Origin: a virus
Taxonomy: Duplodnaviria; Heunggongvirae; Uroviricota; Caudoviricetes
Direction: 5' to 3' (one strand)
Virus record (IMG/VR): IMGVR_UViG_3300035703_000003
DNA length: 64,000 nucleotides
A program made the position numbers and the translations under genes. The notes below the pieces were generated by a model. It made no database searches. It had not been told where the DNA came from and worked only from the letters and a program-made list of their open reading frames with translations. Shown here piece after piece: positions 56,125 through 64,000 of this stretch (within the stretch, counting starts at the first letter, position 1; each line of letters begins with the position of its first letter).

Positions 56125-57201
56125 ATGAAAATAGCTATAATGTTAACCGGGCTTTTAATAGATAAGGTTGACACCCTGCCACATATTAAAAAAATGTTTG
56201 ATTACATAGCGGCAAAGAATAATTTAGCAATTGATTATTATTGCCACTTTTGGGCTCCGGAAAACATGTATCCATACCATATCGACTATCATGCAACAAA
56301 AATTGCTGTTCCGTGGGAAAATCAAGGTAGTATAAATCACGCAATAGATATTTTTAAACCAATAAGTTATAAGGTAAGCAAATATTCAGAGATATTGCCG
56401 TATTTTGAAAATTATACAATTAGCTTATCAAAACATGACAAATGGCTAAACGAGGCGTTTAGTGATGCAGAGATGTTTGTCAATCACAACATACACAAAA
56501 GATTCTTTGTAGATAATTTTGAAGACCCCATTACTATATTCAACAAATGGTGGACTTATCATATTAACTGGTGTCAGTTTATTCATTATACTGCTCAGGT
56601 ATACAGTGTAAGTGAATTGATGAAAATAGTATCATCTAGCAACACAGATTATGATGCTGTTATAAAATGGAGATTTGATGTACTGTTCGATTATAAAAGT
56701 TTCGAATCGATGATAGTTGATCTCATTCGTAATATTAAGGATGATAATGCATTATATACAGAACTCGCTTGGGAGGGAATACAATGGACAGCCGATCTGA
56801 GATCGGATATTAATAATGTCGATAATAAACTAATAAGCCTACACGATGGCTGGTGGATAACAAACAAAGAAGTTAATAAAATCATGGCTAATAATTATCT
56901 CAACTGTTATATGTCGGACATGTGTAACACAGTAGGAAAAGAAGCTGGAACACACACATGGCATTATAACGGCGTAGTTAAGTGTGGTCTATATATTAAA
57001 TTAATTGGTAGAATAAATCATACAATCATAAGATTTCCTGCTAAAATACCACACGACTGGCACGAAAATACATCTAGTTATTATCCTCACTTATGGAATT
57101 CGCAATTTATCGCCAAAAAAGATAGTGATTTTAAAATGTCTTTACAATATTGGGACAAACGATCTCAATATTATACTATAAAACATTTTGATTTTTATTA
57201 A
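56125..57201 (+). CDS. Putative glycosyltransferase-like protein
   Basis: MKIAI.LTG, DYYCHFW, YDAVIKWRFD; paralog of 57176..58054. Confidence 0.55.
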   Translation: MKIAIMLTGLLIDKVDTLPHIKKMFDYIAAKNNLAIDYYCHFWAPENMYPYHIDYHATKIAVPWENQGSINHAIDIFKPISYKVSKYSEILPYFENYTISLSKHDKWLNEAFSDAEMFVNHNIHKRFFVDNFEDPITIFNKWWTYHINWCQFIHYTAQVYSVSELMKIVSSSNTDYDAVIKWRFDVLFDYKSFESMIVDLIRNIKDDNALYTELAWEGIQWTADLRSDINNVDNKLISLHDGWWITNKEVNKIMANNYLNCYMSDMCNTVGKEAGTHTWHYNGVVKCGLYIKLIGRINHTIIRFPAKIPHDWHENTSSYYPHLWNSQFIAKKDSDFKMSLQYWDKRSQYYTIKHFDFY

Positions 57202-58054
57202 AATTTTCATAATCTTCTTTTAGTAACTTAAAAGTCATTTGACTCATATCGTGGTTATTCCTTAACACTGTTGAATCAAACGCAGTAGGCCATGTTACCG
57301 AAAAACTTAACCAGTTAGTTTTACTATACGCACTTGTTTTCATCCATACCCAGTGTTGTAATATTGATTTGTAGTCTCCGACTTTTAAATCATAAAACAA
57401 TGGTTTGTGCTCTGTTACCAACTTAAAACAATGTTCTTTAAGATTTTTGCTATAGTTATACCAAGGCGTCGGTAAAGAAATAAAGCAAAAATCTCCGATG
57501 TGTGGAGTTCCGCTTTCAATGTATAACCATGGTGCCATTACTTTATCTCTAAACACTGGATTTCTGTGCATATTACTAAATGCTGCTAGCCATTCAGATT
57601 CTGAAATGTTATTTAATATAGTATCACTCCGGGTTCGCAAGACAACATCGTACATACCTTCTAAATTACCGGTCATTGAGGTCATGCCGTTGATAGCTAA
57701 GTATTGTCCGAAAAAATTAAAGCTATAGTCTGATATATGAGCTTCGTTAGTTTCAAATAAAATACTATGCCTTACGTTGTCAGGAATAAGATCTAAGTAA
57801 CGATTATCCTTAACATTATACGCTTTTACATTTCTGATAAACTCAGTCATAACGCTTTTGTAATCAGCGACATGATAACGAACAGGAGCGTATGTGTTTT
57901 CGATACGTTGTTTTAGATTCGGAGAACCGTCGTCCCAAAAATAGCAATAATAATCAACCTTTATATTATTATTTGCAAATACTTTATTTTTATACCACCA
58001 AGAGCCTTCTTCTAAGAATCTCGGTTGACCAGTGACTAGTATTGCTACCCGCAT
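57176..58054 (-). CDS. Putative glycosyltransferase-like protein
   Basis: MRVAILVTGQPR, DYYCYFW, YDVVLRTRSD. Confidence 0.6.
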   Translation of the reverse strand: MRVAILVTGQPRFLEEGSWWYKNKVFANNNIKVDYYCYFWDDGSPNLKQRIENTYAPVRYHVADYKSVMTEFIRNVKAYNVKDNRYLDLIPDNVRHSILFETNEAHISDYSFNFFGQYLAINGMTSMTGNLEGMYDVVLRTRSDTILNNISESEWLAAFSNMHRNPVFRDKVMAPWLYIESGTPHIGDFCFISLPTPWYNYSKNLKEHCFKLVTEHKPLFYDLKVGDYKSILQHWVWMKTSAYSKTNWLSFSVTWPTAFDSTVLRNNHDMSQMTFKLLKEDYENFNKNQNVL

Positions 58055-58062
58055 ATAACCTC

Positions 58063-59253
58063 TTAATTTAACGGCAATTCGGGATTCGGTGTTGTGAAGT
58101 TCTTTTTACGCATTACTGTTTTAGCAACTAAGTCTAGCACTTGACTGTGTGAATCCCAATTTAACACAAAAGGAACGTTAATATCAGAACGCATGTCCTT
58201 GATAACAGCTTGTGCATCAGGACCCATTTGTGCAATCTTTTTACCATAATTAATATACGTGTCTTTGAATAAAATTGCAAGTTCTTTTATTGTGATTTGT
58301 TTCATGTTTCTTTCATCGTTAACACGGTCAAGGAAGTGACGTGTAAATTCTACGTCAATGCCTAACTTTCTAAACAGTTGGTCTAGATACTTTTCTAGTG
58401 TGTCTAACTGAACTTGTGTAATTTGCGGATTGTCTTCTTCATTTATGCCGTATTTGCTTACATATAGTTTTTCTAATTCACGTGGACTTAATCCAGCTGC
58501 GAAACTGTTTGCGATACGGAATGCATAATCACCTAACGAATGTCTTTCGCCCTTGCTTTTTACAAGTCTATGCATTGCTTCTAGTGCTGCATTGATTAGT
58601 TTTTCTTTTGCTTTTACGTTATATTCTTCTCTGTTCATTTCGCTTACATCTCTCACTGTTCTGATGCTACCATCATGGTTTACGAAATATGCTGAAAATT
58701 TCACATTAGGATATTCTTGTTGTAGTTTGTTAAACACTTTCAAGTTAGTCATACTATCGTCATACATTCTAACACGACCGTATTTTCCCGTATCCAAATA
58801 ACGTCTTACAAAAACAGCTTTTTTCTCTGCAGGTATTGCATTACTTCTAATATTACCCGCTCTATGCACATGTATTAAGTCTATATTAATACCATGTTGT
58901 CTAAATGTATCTAGGAAAAGATCTTTGTCATCGAAATCTTCTCTTGCAGTTAACATAATAACTTTACTATCGCCTGCGTTCTGCAATATAGCATTTAGTT
59001 TTGCTATCATTGGTTTCATAGGCTCGCTTTCTTTATTAAACTTCTCTGCATTTCTGAATTCGCCAAAGTCAAACTCTTCGCCGGGCTGCAATTCATAATT
59101 GTTGAATTGTTGATTGTCTAATGTTTTTACTACATTACCATCCTTTACTACTTTTATCTTAGCAGTAGTATGGAATAATGTATCATCAATATCAAATATG
59201 GTTAATCCTAAGTTAGAATCACCATAAGCCTCGAAAAGTTCTTTTAATCTCAT
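58063..59253 (-). CDS. Tagged mosaic protein: HAD phosphatase plus C-terminal putative nuclease-like module
   Basis: MRLKELFE; FDIDDTL, LTAR, K, YDDS; FTRHFLDRVNDERN after INE. Confidence 0.75.
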   Translation of the reverse strand: MRLKELFEAYGDSNLGLTIFDIDDTLFHTTAKIKVVKDGNVVKTLDNQQFNNYELQPGEEFDFGEFRNAEKFNKESEPMKPMIAKLNAILQNAGDSKVIMLTAREDFDDKDLFLDTFRQHGINIDLIHVHRAGNIRSNAIPAEKKAVFVRRYLDTGKYGRVRMYDDSMTNLKVFNKLQQEYPNVKFSAYFVNHDGSIRTVRDVSEMNREEYNVKAKEKLINAALEAMHRLVKSKGERHSLGDYAFRIANSFAAGLSPRELEKLYVSKYGINEEDNPQITQVQLDTLEKYLDQLFRKLGIDVEFTRHFLDRVNDERNMKQITIKELAILFKDTYINYGKKIAQMGPDAQAVIKDMRSDINVPFVLNWDSHSQVLDLVAKTVMRKKNFTTPNPELPLN

Positions 59254-59266
59254 TTATCTAAATCCT

Positions 59267-60166
59267 TTAACGGCGTGTTGTGTTTGATGGCGGTGTCAAC
59301 GGTCTAGATGTGCCGCCAGGTCTTGCGGCTTGACCTGGACCTGCTACTGTTCCGCTTGGATTGAATCTCGGAGTTCCGGGTAATGGATTTGGATTTATTG
59401 TTCCCCCAGGTCTTGCGGCTTGACCTGGACCTGCTACTGTTCCGCTTGGATTGAATCTCGGAGTTCCGGGTAATGGATTTGGATTTATTGTTCCCCCAGG
59501 TCTTGCGGCTTGACCTGGACCTGCTACTGTTCCGCTTGGATTGAATCGTGTAGGTGGTACATTACTGCTAGCTGGTGGTCTTGCTGCGTCTAAGCCATCT
59601 TGATAACCACGTCTACGTTGTAATTCTGTGTTGCCGTCTCCTCGCCCGCCTGTTGCTGGACTAGCTGCTGGCATACTACCCTGGGCGCCAACTGTTGGTC
59701 TTGCTCCGCCTTGCGCTCTGTTTAACGCAGACATAGTTTGATCACCGGCAATTCCGTCTACTTGTAAACCAAAATCTGTTTGAAATTGTTTAACCGCGGC
59801 GGCAGTTCTTGGACCAAATTTTCCATCTGCTCCGGTGTCTCCAAGATCATAACCTTTGTCTATCAACATTTGTTGAAGGCCGCTTACATCAGAACCAGAC
59901 GAGCCACGTCTTAGATTTGAAGTAGTTGTCCCAGGAGCTCGTACACCTGTGGGTGCTCCACTAGTCGATTGATCAGGTCTAGTTGGTTGTCCCCGAGTTA
60001 TAGGCCCGCTAACTTCTTGGCCTGGTCTAGCTGGTAATCCTCTGAATACAGGCCCGCCAGGTCTTGCACTTTGTCCTGGTCCAGCCACTGTTCCGTCGGG
60101 ATTAAAATTCGGAGTTCCCCTGCCGGCAGGTAATGCTGGTCTTTCAAATAAATCTTTCAATCTCAT
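59267..60166 (-). CDS. Tagged Pro/Gly-rich protein with PG_binding_1 domain
   Basis: MRLKDLFE; LRRGSSG.DV..LQ..L...GY.....DG.FGP.T..AVK.FQ...GL.VDGIAG..T. Confidence 0.82.
   Translation of the reverse strand: MRLKDLFERPALPAGRGTPNFNPDGTVAGPGQSARPGGPVFRGLPARPGQEVSGPITRGQPTRPDQSTSGAPTGVRAPGTTTSNLRRGSSGSDVSGLQQMLIDKGYDLGDTGADGKFGPRTAAAVKQFQTDFGLQVDGIAGDQTMSALNRAQGGARPTVGAQGSMPAASPATGGRGDGNTELQRRRGYQDGLDAARPPASSNVPPTRFNPSGTVAGPGQAARPGGTINPNPLPGTPRFNPSGTVAGPGQAARPGGTINPNPLPGTPRFNPSGTVAGPGQAARPGGTSRPLTPPSNTTRR
59316..59547. repeat. 90 bp tandem repeat, about 2.6 copies (30 aa unit)
   Basis: ccaggtcttgcggcttgacc at 59316, 59406 and 59496. Confidence 0.92.
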
Positions 60167-60402
60167 TTTGTTTTTTTCTCCCGGACCAGATCGTCCTTGT
60201 ATTCTTCTATGTAGTATTCTAGTGATTTATCACCACTACATATTTCAAAGTTTTCATTATTTATTGTTTTGCCTCTTATAAGATTTTTAGTTTTTTTGTC
60301 AATACTCTTAACATGTATTACCATGTCCTTATCCTGATGCTTATAATAAATTATATGCTGCGGATTAAAGTATCTCCAAATCTTTTTAAAAAACAATTTC
60401 AT
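60163..60402 (-). CDS. Small hypothetical protein
   Basis: ATGA-coupled on both sides. Confidence 0.6.
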   Translation of the reverse strand: MKLFFKKIWRYFNPQHIIYYKHQDKDMVIHVKSIDKKTKNLIRGKTINNENFEICSGDKSLEYYIEEYKDDLVREKKTK

Positions 60403-61811
60403 TTCTCACGACCTGCTTTCATATTAGCAAGCCAGTGTGCCATACGCTGCTTTTCGCCTGAACTATTTTTAGCTGTTTTTCGCAAATCACTAACACTGGC
60501 TTTGGTATTTACACCCATACGCTTTGCCAGACCTTTGCGCCCTGGATTTTTACCATCTGCAAAGTTTTCATTTGTTTTTTCTACAGGGAAATATGCTTTA
60601 ATAGTTTTACCCATACGTTGCGCTGCGGCTGCACGATGGTTGCCATCAATTACACTGTACTTACCGTCACTAAACTGTGGTCCTACAATAATTGGTGCGC
60701 TTAGGTCAACACGATGACTGTAGTCGATATCTACAATACGATCAAATGGATCATCATAGTCGAAGAATTCTTCCTCACTTGGGAACATGTCTGGGGTAAA
60801 GTTTCCAAGTTGCCAATCATGAGCTAAGATGAACCGATCCATGTCTTTGTTCATACCAGCATCGTGATGCATACCTCTGAAGATTTTCAGCATTTCTTTG
60901 CCAGATTCTTCAGCTAATCCTTCTCTAGCCGCCGCTGCTTTTTCATCACTAGTATCGCCGGTAACCTTGTATGTTTTACCGTTTACACTAAATTCTTTTT
61001 TACCTGCTTTGATAGCATTCATACGTGCATCAGTAAATGGGTTTGATTCGTTAATATTGTCTGATAATAGATTAACAATTTTAGGCAATAGAGACTGATT
61101 CCTTGTAGCTTCTGGCAAGTCGCTATCTTTCATTGGTCTAATGCCTTTTATTTTTACATGCTCATTCTTTTCAAAACGTTTAATAAACTTCTCAACGGGC
61201 AATGGGCCGTCATAGTCAATTAATGTGTTTCCAAGTTTAACTGCAGCGTGATCTGCGTTGCCACGATCATTAATAAGAACCACTATATCTCCACCGTGTA
61301 TTTTTTGTAATGCTTGTGCTACTAATACACATCCACCATCAAACGGACCACAATCTTCGGGTTCTAAAATGTCATAAATGTTTTCTTTTGCTTCATTAGT
61401 AAGATCATGTGCAACCTTAAGTGCTGCTGGACCTTGTGGATGTCTTGGATTGATACTAACAACATCGCCGTTCATAAGATCACTGACGCTGGCACTCTTG
61501 CCTATTTTGTCTAACAGTTGATGTAACTTATCCTCAGGATCATAACCGTTTGTCTCGTATCCTAGTTTACCACGCACTTCAGTTCGCTTGCCTGTTTGTT
61601 TGTTTAAAATATGTAGGACTAGCATACCTGCACGGTTGTCACGCTCCAGTTGTAACATGTAACTATTGCCACTGCTTTCTTTAAGATAAGGTAAACTGAA
61701 CCACAGCTTAAACCAATCGTCTGTTCCTGGCTTTACTTTCTTTTCACGCTCGATGTCACGCAAACGCTTGCTTGTATGACTAATATTTTCTGATATTTCG
61801 TTTATTTTCAT
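60399..61811 (-). CDS. Tagged mosaic protein with Cys-His-Asp and ParB/Srx-like modules
   Basis: MKINEISE; GGC..HA..ID; PIIV...VIDGNHR. Confidence 0.72.
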   Translation of the reverse strand: MKINEISENISHTSKRLRDIEREKKVKPGTDDWFKLWFSLPYLKESSGNSYMLQLERDNRAGMLVLHILNKQTGKRTEVRGKLGYETNGYDPEDKLHQLLDKIGKSASVSDLMNGDVVSINPRHPQGPAALKVAHDLTNEAKENIYDILEPEDCGPFDGGCVLVAQALQKIHGGDIVVLINDRGNADHAAVKLGNTLIDYDGPLPVEKFIKRFEKNEHVKIKGIRPMKDSDLPEATRNQSLLPKIVNLLSDNINESNPFTDARMNAIKAGKKEFSVNGKTYKVTGDTSDEKAAAAREGLAEESGKEMLKIFRGMHHDAGMNKDMDRFILAHDWQLGNFTPDMFPSEEEFFDYDDPFDRIVDIDYSHRVDLSAPIIVGPQFSDGKYSVIDGNHRAAAAQRMGKTIKAYFPVEKTNENFADGKNPGRKGLAKRMGVNTKASVSDLRKTAKNSSGEKQRMAHWLANMKAGREK

Positions 61812-62173
61812 TTCGCCAGACCTAAGTTAAACAATGTATTTGTTGTGCTAGTATTTAACAGTTTTGGCTTGCCGTCGCCTCCGAAAAACTTTTTAGCTTG
61901 ACGCTCAGTTTCACCGGGCTTAACATCGACTGTAGTATTAACACCAGGAACAATTTTACCATCTTCATCTACACGCTTGCCACGCTTACCGTAAGCACCG
62001 CCTGCATACCACTCACACCATCCGTTTGGGTCTATGTTACCTGCAACTGCACTACATTTGTTAGGATCTCTCCACATTGTGCAGTTAATACATTTTTGTC
62101 CGTTCTTAGGATCAGGCTGATAACCTGCTTCAGCCTTAGACCCTTTCCCTTCAAATAGCTCATGTATTCTCAT
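61808..62173 (-). CDS. Tagged protein with HiPIP (high-potential iron-sulfur) domain
   Basis: MRIHELFE; YQ..PK.GQKCINC......C..V.G.I.P.GWC..Y. Confidence 0.82.
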   Translation of the reverse strand: MRIHELFEGKGSKAEAGYQPDPKNGQKCINCTMWRDPNKCSAVAGNIDPNGWCEWYAGGAYGKRGKRVDEDGKIVPGVNTTVDVKPGETERQAKKFFGGDGKPKLLNTSTTNTLFNLGLAK

Positions 62174-63366
62174 CTTGGTCCTACTCCCATTGCCGTTGGC
62201 GGTGTTCCAGTTGATGGTTTAGGTTTAGGAGGAGTGATAGGCTTTGGTGCAGACTTGGGGGGAGTTAATCCGGTCCCTGTTCTATCTTGTGCGCCCATCG
62301 GTGTTGGACTTCCTGACCCTGTAGTTAGTTTAGGTATATTAGTCGGAGTAGTTGGGGCCACTCTCGGTGTTGGACTAACAGGTCTAGTAGGTAAACTTAC
62401 GTTGTTAAAGATTTCTCGCATAGCACTTAATGTTTGCACGCCTGCTATACCATCAACTTGTAGACCGTAATCTTGTTGAAACTTTCTTACCGCTGCAGTT
62501 GTATTCCCGCCATAACGACCGTCGACTCCCTGATCGCCTACAGTATATCCTAATGTTGTAAGACCTTTTTGTAAAGTTTTAACACTGTCTAATGGAACAC
62601 CTTCTGCTCTGTAATCTCTTTTAAGATTTATTGCTCCACTAGGACCTGGCAACTTACTAACATCAATTTTAGGGATAACTTTAGGTGGTATAACGTTTAC
62701 TCTAGCAGGAATACTTGTAAATGGATTTGGAACGGCATTCGGGGGAGTTAACTTGGGACGTTCTAAGTTCGGTGCGGACATAGTAGACACTGTTGTTCTA
62801 AACGCAGATGGTGATGTATAATTTGGCCCAGCTGTAGTTAATGCTCTATCTAATGTATTATATCCTGCTGATAAGTTTGCATATCCATCTGCACTGTAAT
62901 TAGGATCAGTGCGACGCCATCTAATATAGTTGTCTCCTAATACTTCTGCTGCAGTGTTAGGGTCAATATCAGGATTTCCTAAAAATTCGGTTGCAGTTCT
63001 ACGATATGACGGCTCGTTTTCCATTTCATATCTAACAAACTTTGCTTGTGCATCTAATGTTTCTTGTCCGGGTATAAGATTTCCGCTATTATCTATCCGG
63101 CCTTGGTCGTTCATAAATCTCATAAATGAATCATGACGTGGTCCTTGCCAGCTAATCATACCTGCATTGCTAGCACGATTGTATGGATCTGTATGCGTTC
63201 CATACAAATATCTGTCTTGAAAACTATTTTCTCTATTAACCTCTGCAGTAAGAGCTCTTGCTTGAGCATCACTAAATCCTGCATTAGTAAATGCATTATA
63301 AACGCCCAATGCGTTTGCTTCACGACTAGTTAATTCTCCTGCTTCGAACAGTTCTTTTAATCTCAT
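62170..63366 (-). CDS. Tagged protein: phage-tail-lysozyme-like domain plus PG_binding_1
   Basis: MRLKELFE; GFS..QA.AL.....RENS...G...W.G.R...Q..F...E; VDG.YG..T..AVR.FQ...GL.VDGIAG..T. Confidence 0.78.
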   Translation of the reverse strand: MRLKELFEAGELTSREANALGVYNAFTNAGFSDAQARALTAEVNRENSFQDRYLYGTHTDPYNRASNAGMISWQGPRHDSFMRFMNDQGRIDNSGNLIPGQETLDAQAKFVRYEMENEPSYRRTATEFLGNPDIDPNTAAEVLGDNYIRWRRTDPNYSADGYANLSAGYNTLDRALTTAGPNYTSPSAFRTTVSTMSAPNLERPKLTPPNAVPNPFTSIPARVNVIPPKVIPKIDVSKLPGPSGAINLKRDYRAEGVPLDSVKTLQKGLTTLGYTVGDQGVDGRYGGNTTAAVRKFQQDYGLQVDGIAGVQTLSAMREIFNNVSLPTRPVSPTPRVAPTTPTNIPKLTTGSGSPTPMGAQDRTGTGLTPPKSAPKPITPPKPKPSTGTPPTAMGVGPR

Positions 63367-63370
63367 TTTA

Positions 63371-64000
63371 TTATCCTGCTAGTATAGTTAATAGTTGTAG
63401 TATTGCTTCTGGATGCATCGATTGTCTTGGTGTAGCTAACAGTTGAATTTCTGTTCGCATTTTGTCTGCGTCTTCTGGACTTACTCCACGGCTTTCTAGT
63501 TTGTCGATAAGATTGTTAATTTTATTTAAATCAATCGGGAGTGGTGGTTGCTCTTGTTCTCCTGCTTCTGTTGCAAAGGATCTTAATTTTCTTGCTATTT
63601 TAGGGTCTCTTAGTAATCTTAACGCTTTTACTCCTAGTTGGCCGACACGGCCATCGCTTATTCCCAATACATTTGCTATTTGTGTATTTGTCATAGGATT
63701 ATTAAATGGTTCAATTCCAAACTGTGCTTTAAGTATTAGTGCGTATCGGCGTGGTAATTGATCTATTGCTGCATGTATTTCTTTTGTTAGTTCTTCACGA
63801 TTTACTGTATCGAATTGGTCAGCATCATAGCTACCGGTGGGGAAATCAACTTGTGTGCCTTTAACAGTAATGTCTCTTTTACTAATACTTTTACTGTTAG
63901 GCACTCTGCCCCCGATAGTAGTGTTGCGGTATGTTTCGCTGTCTGGATTGTATAACGCCATTACCTGCTTATCACTAAATGTTTCTGATAAATCTCTTAG
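63371..64000 (-). CDS. Tagged protein with sigma70 region 4 HTH domain; 5'-truncated
   Basis: Frame is open to the window end (LRDLSETFSDKQV before the listed Met); LP.R...IL...FGI.....T..QIA..LGIS..RV.QL..KALR.LR. Confidence 0.78.
   Translation of the reverse strand, partial: LRDLSETFSDKQVMALYNPDSETYRNTTIGGRVPNSKSISKRDITVKGTQVDFPTGSYDADQFDTVNREELTKEIHAAIDQLPRRYALILKAQFGIEPFNNPMTNTQIANVLGISDGRVGQLGVKALRLLRDPKIARKLRSFATEAGEQEQPPLPIDLNKINNLIDKLESRGVSPEDADKMRTEIQLLATPRQSMHPEAILQLLTILAG

Noticed and set aside
59316-59547. CRISPR array or other non-coding repeat (also 52966-53233 and 54432-54600)
   Set aside because: Units are contiguous multiples of 3 with no unique spacers and lie in frame within ORFs.
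1-64000. Stop-codon reassignment, tRNA genes, integrase or transposase
   Set aside because: Recognisable genes are full length in the standard code with tight packing. I saw no cloverleaf or recombinase motifs by eye; a tRNA scan was not run.

Overview
A 64 kb segment of a large lytic dsDNA phage with a T4-like replication module (family B polymerase, sliding-clamp-like, DsbA-like, 5'-3' exonuclease, ThyA, DHFR, thymidine kinase), read in the standard code. The host is probably an alphaproteobacterium; this is inferred from the look of the MetK, Pal-like, HiPIP, ornithine decarboxylase and homospermidine synthase genes. There are four blocks. (1) 1-13 kb is an AT-rich tailoring-enzyme island of two convergent operons: 2 desaturases, about 7 His-x-Asp/His jelly-roll oxygenases, 2 radical SAM enzymes, a methyltransferase, a PLP enzyme, a PP-loop ATPase and homospermidine synthase. 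(2) 13-27 kb holds nucleotide genes and small early genes with sigma70-type promoters, including a MoxR/VWA pair and an alarmone-hydrolase-like HD protein. (3) 27-47 kb holds a 7-deazaguanine DNA-modification set (QueE, FolE, a DpdL-motif T-fold protein, a TGT/DpdA-like protein), interleaved with sugar/polyol and polyamine enzymes and followed by replication genes. (4) 47-64 kb holds lysis genes, an unannotated metallothionein-like ORF, and an array of about 10 genes sharing an N-terminal M-R/K-hydrophobic-x-E/D-L/I-x-E tag. Those genes are mosaics of unrelated modules (HiPIP, sigma70 region 4, HAD phosphatase, ParB-like, Cys-His-Asp, lysozyme, PG-binding) joined at x-x-E sites. That array is my best candidate for an undescribed system: capsid-targeted, protease-processed cargo polyproteins. 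All calls come from motif recognition by eye; no searches were run.
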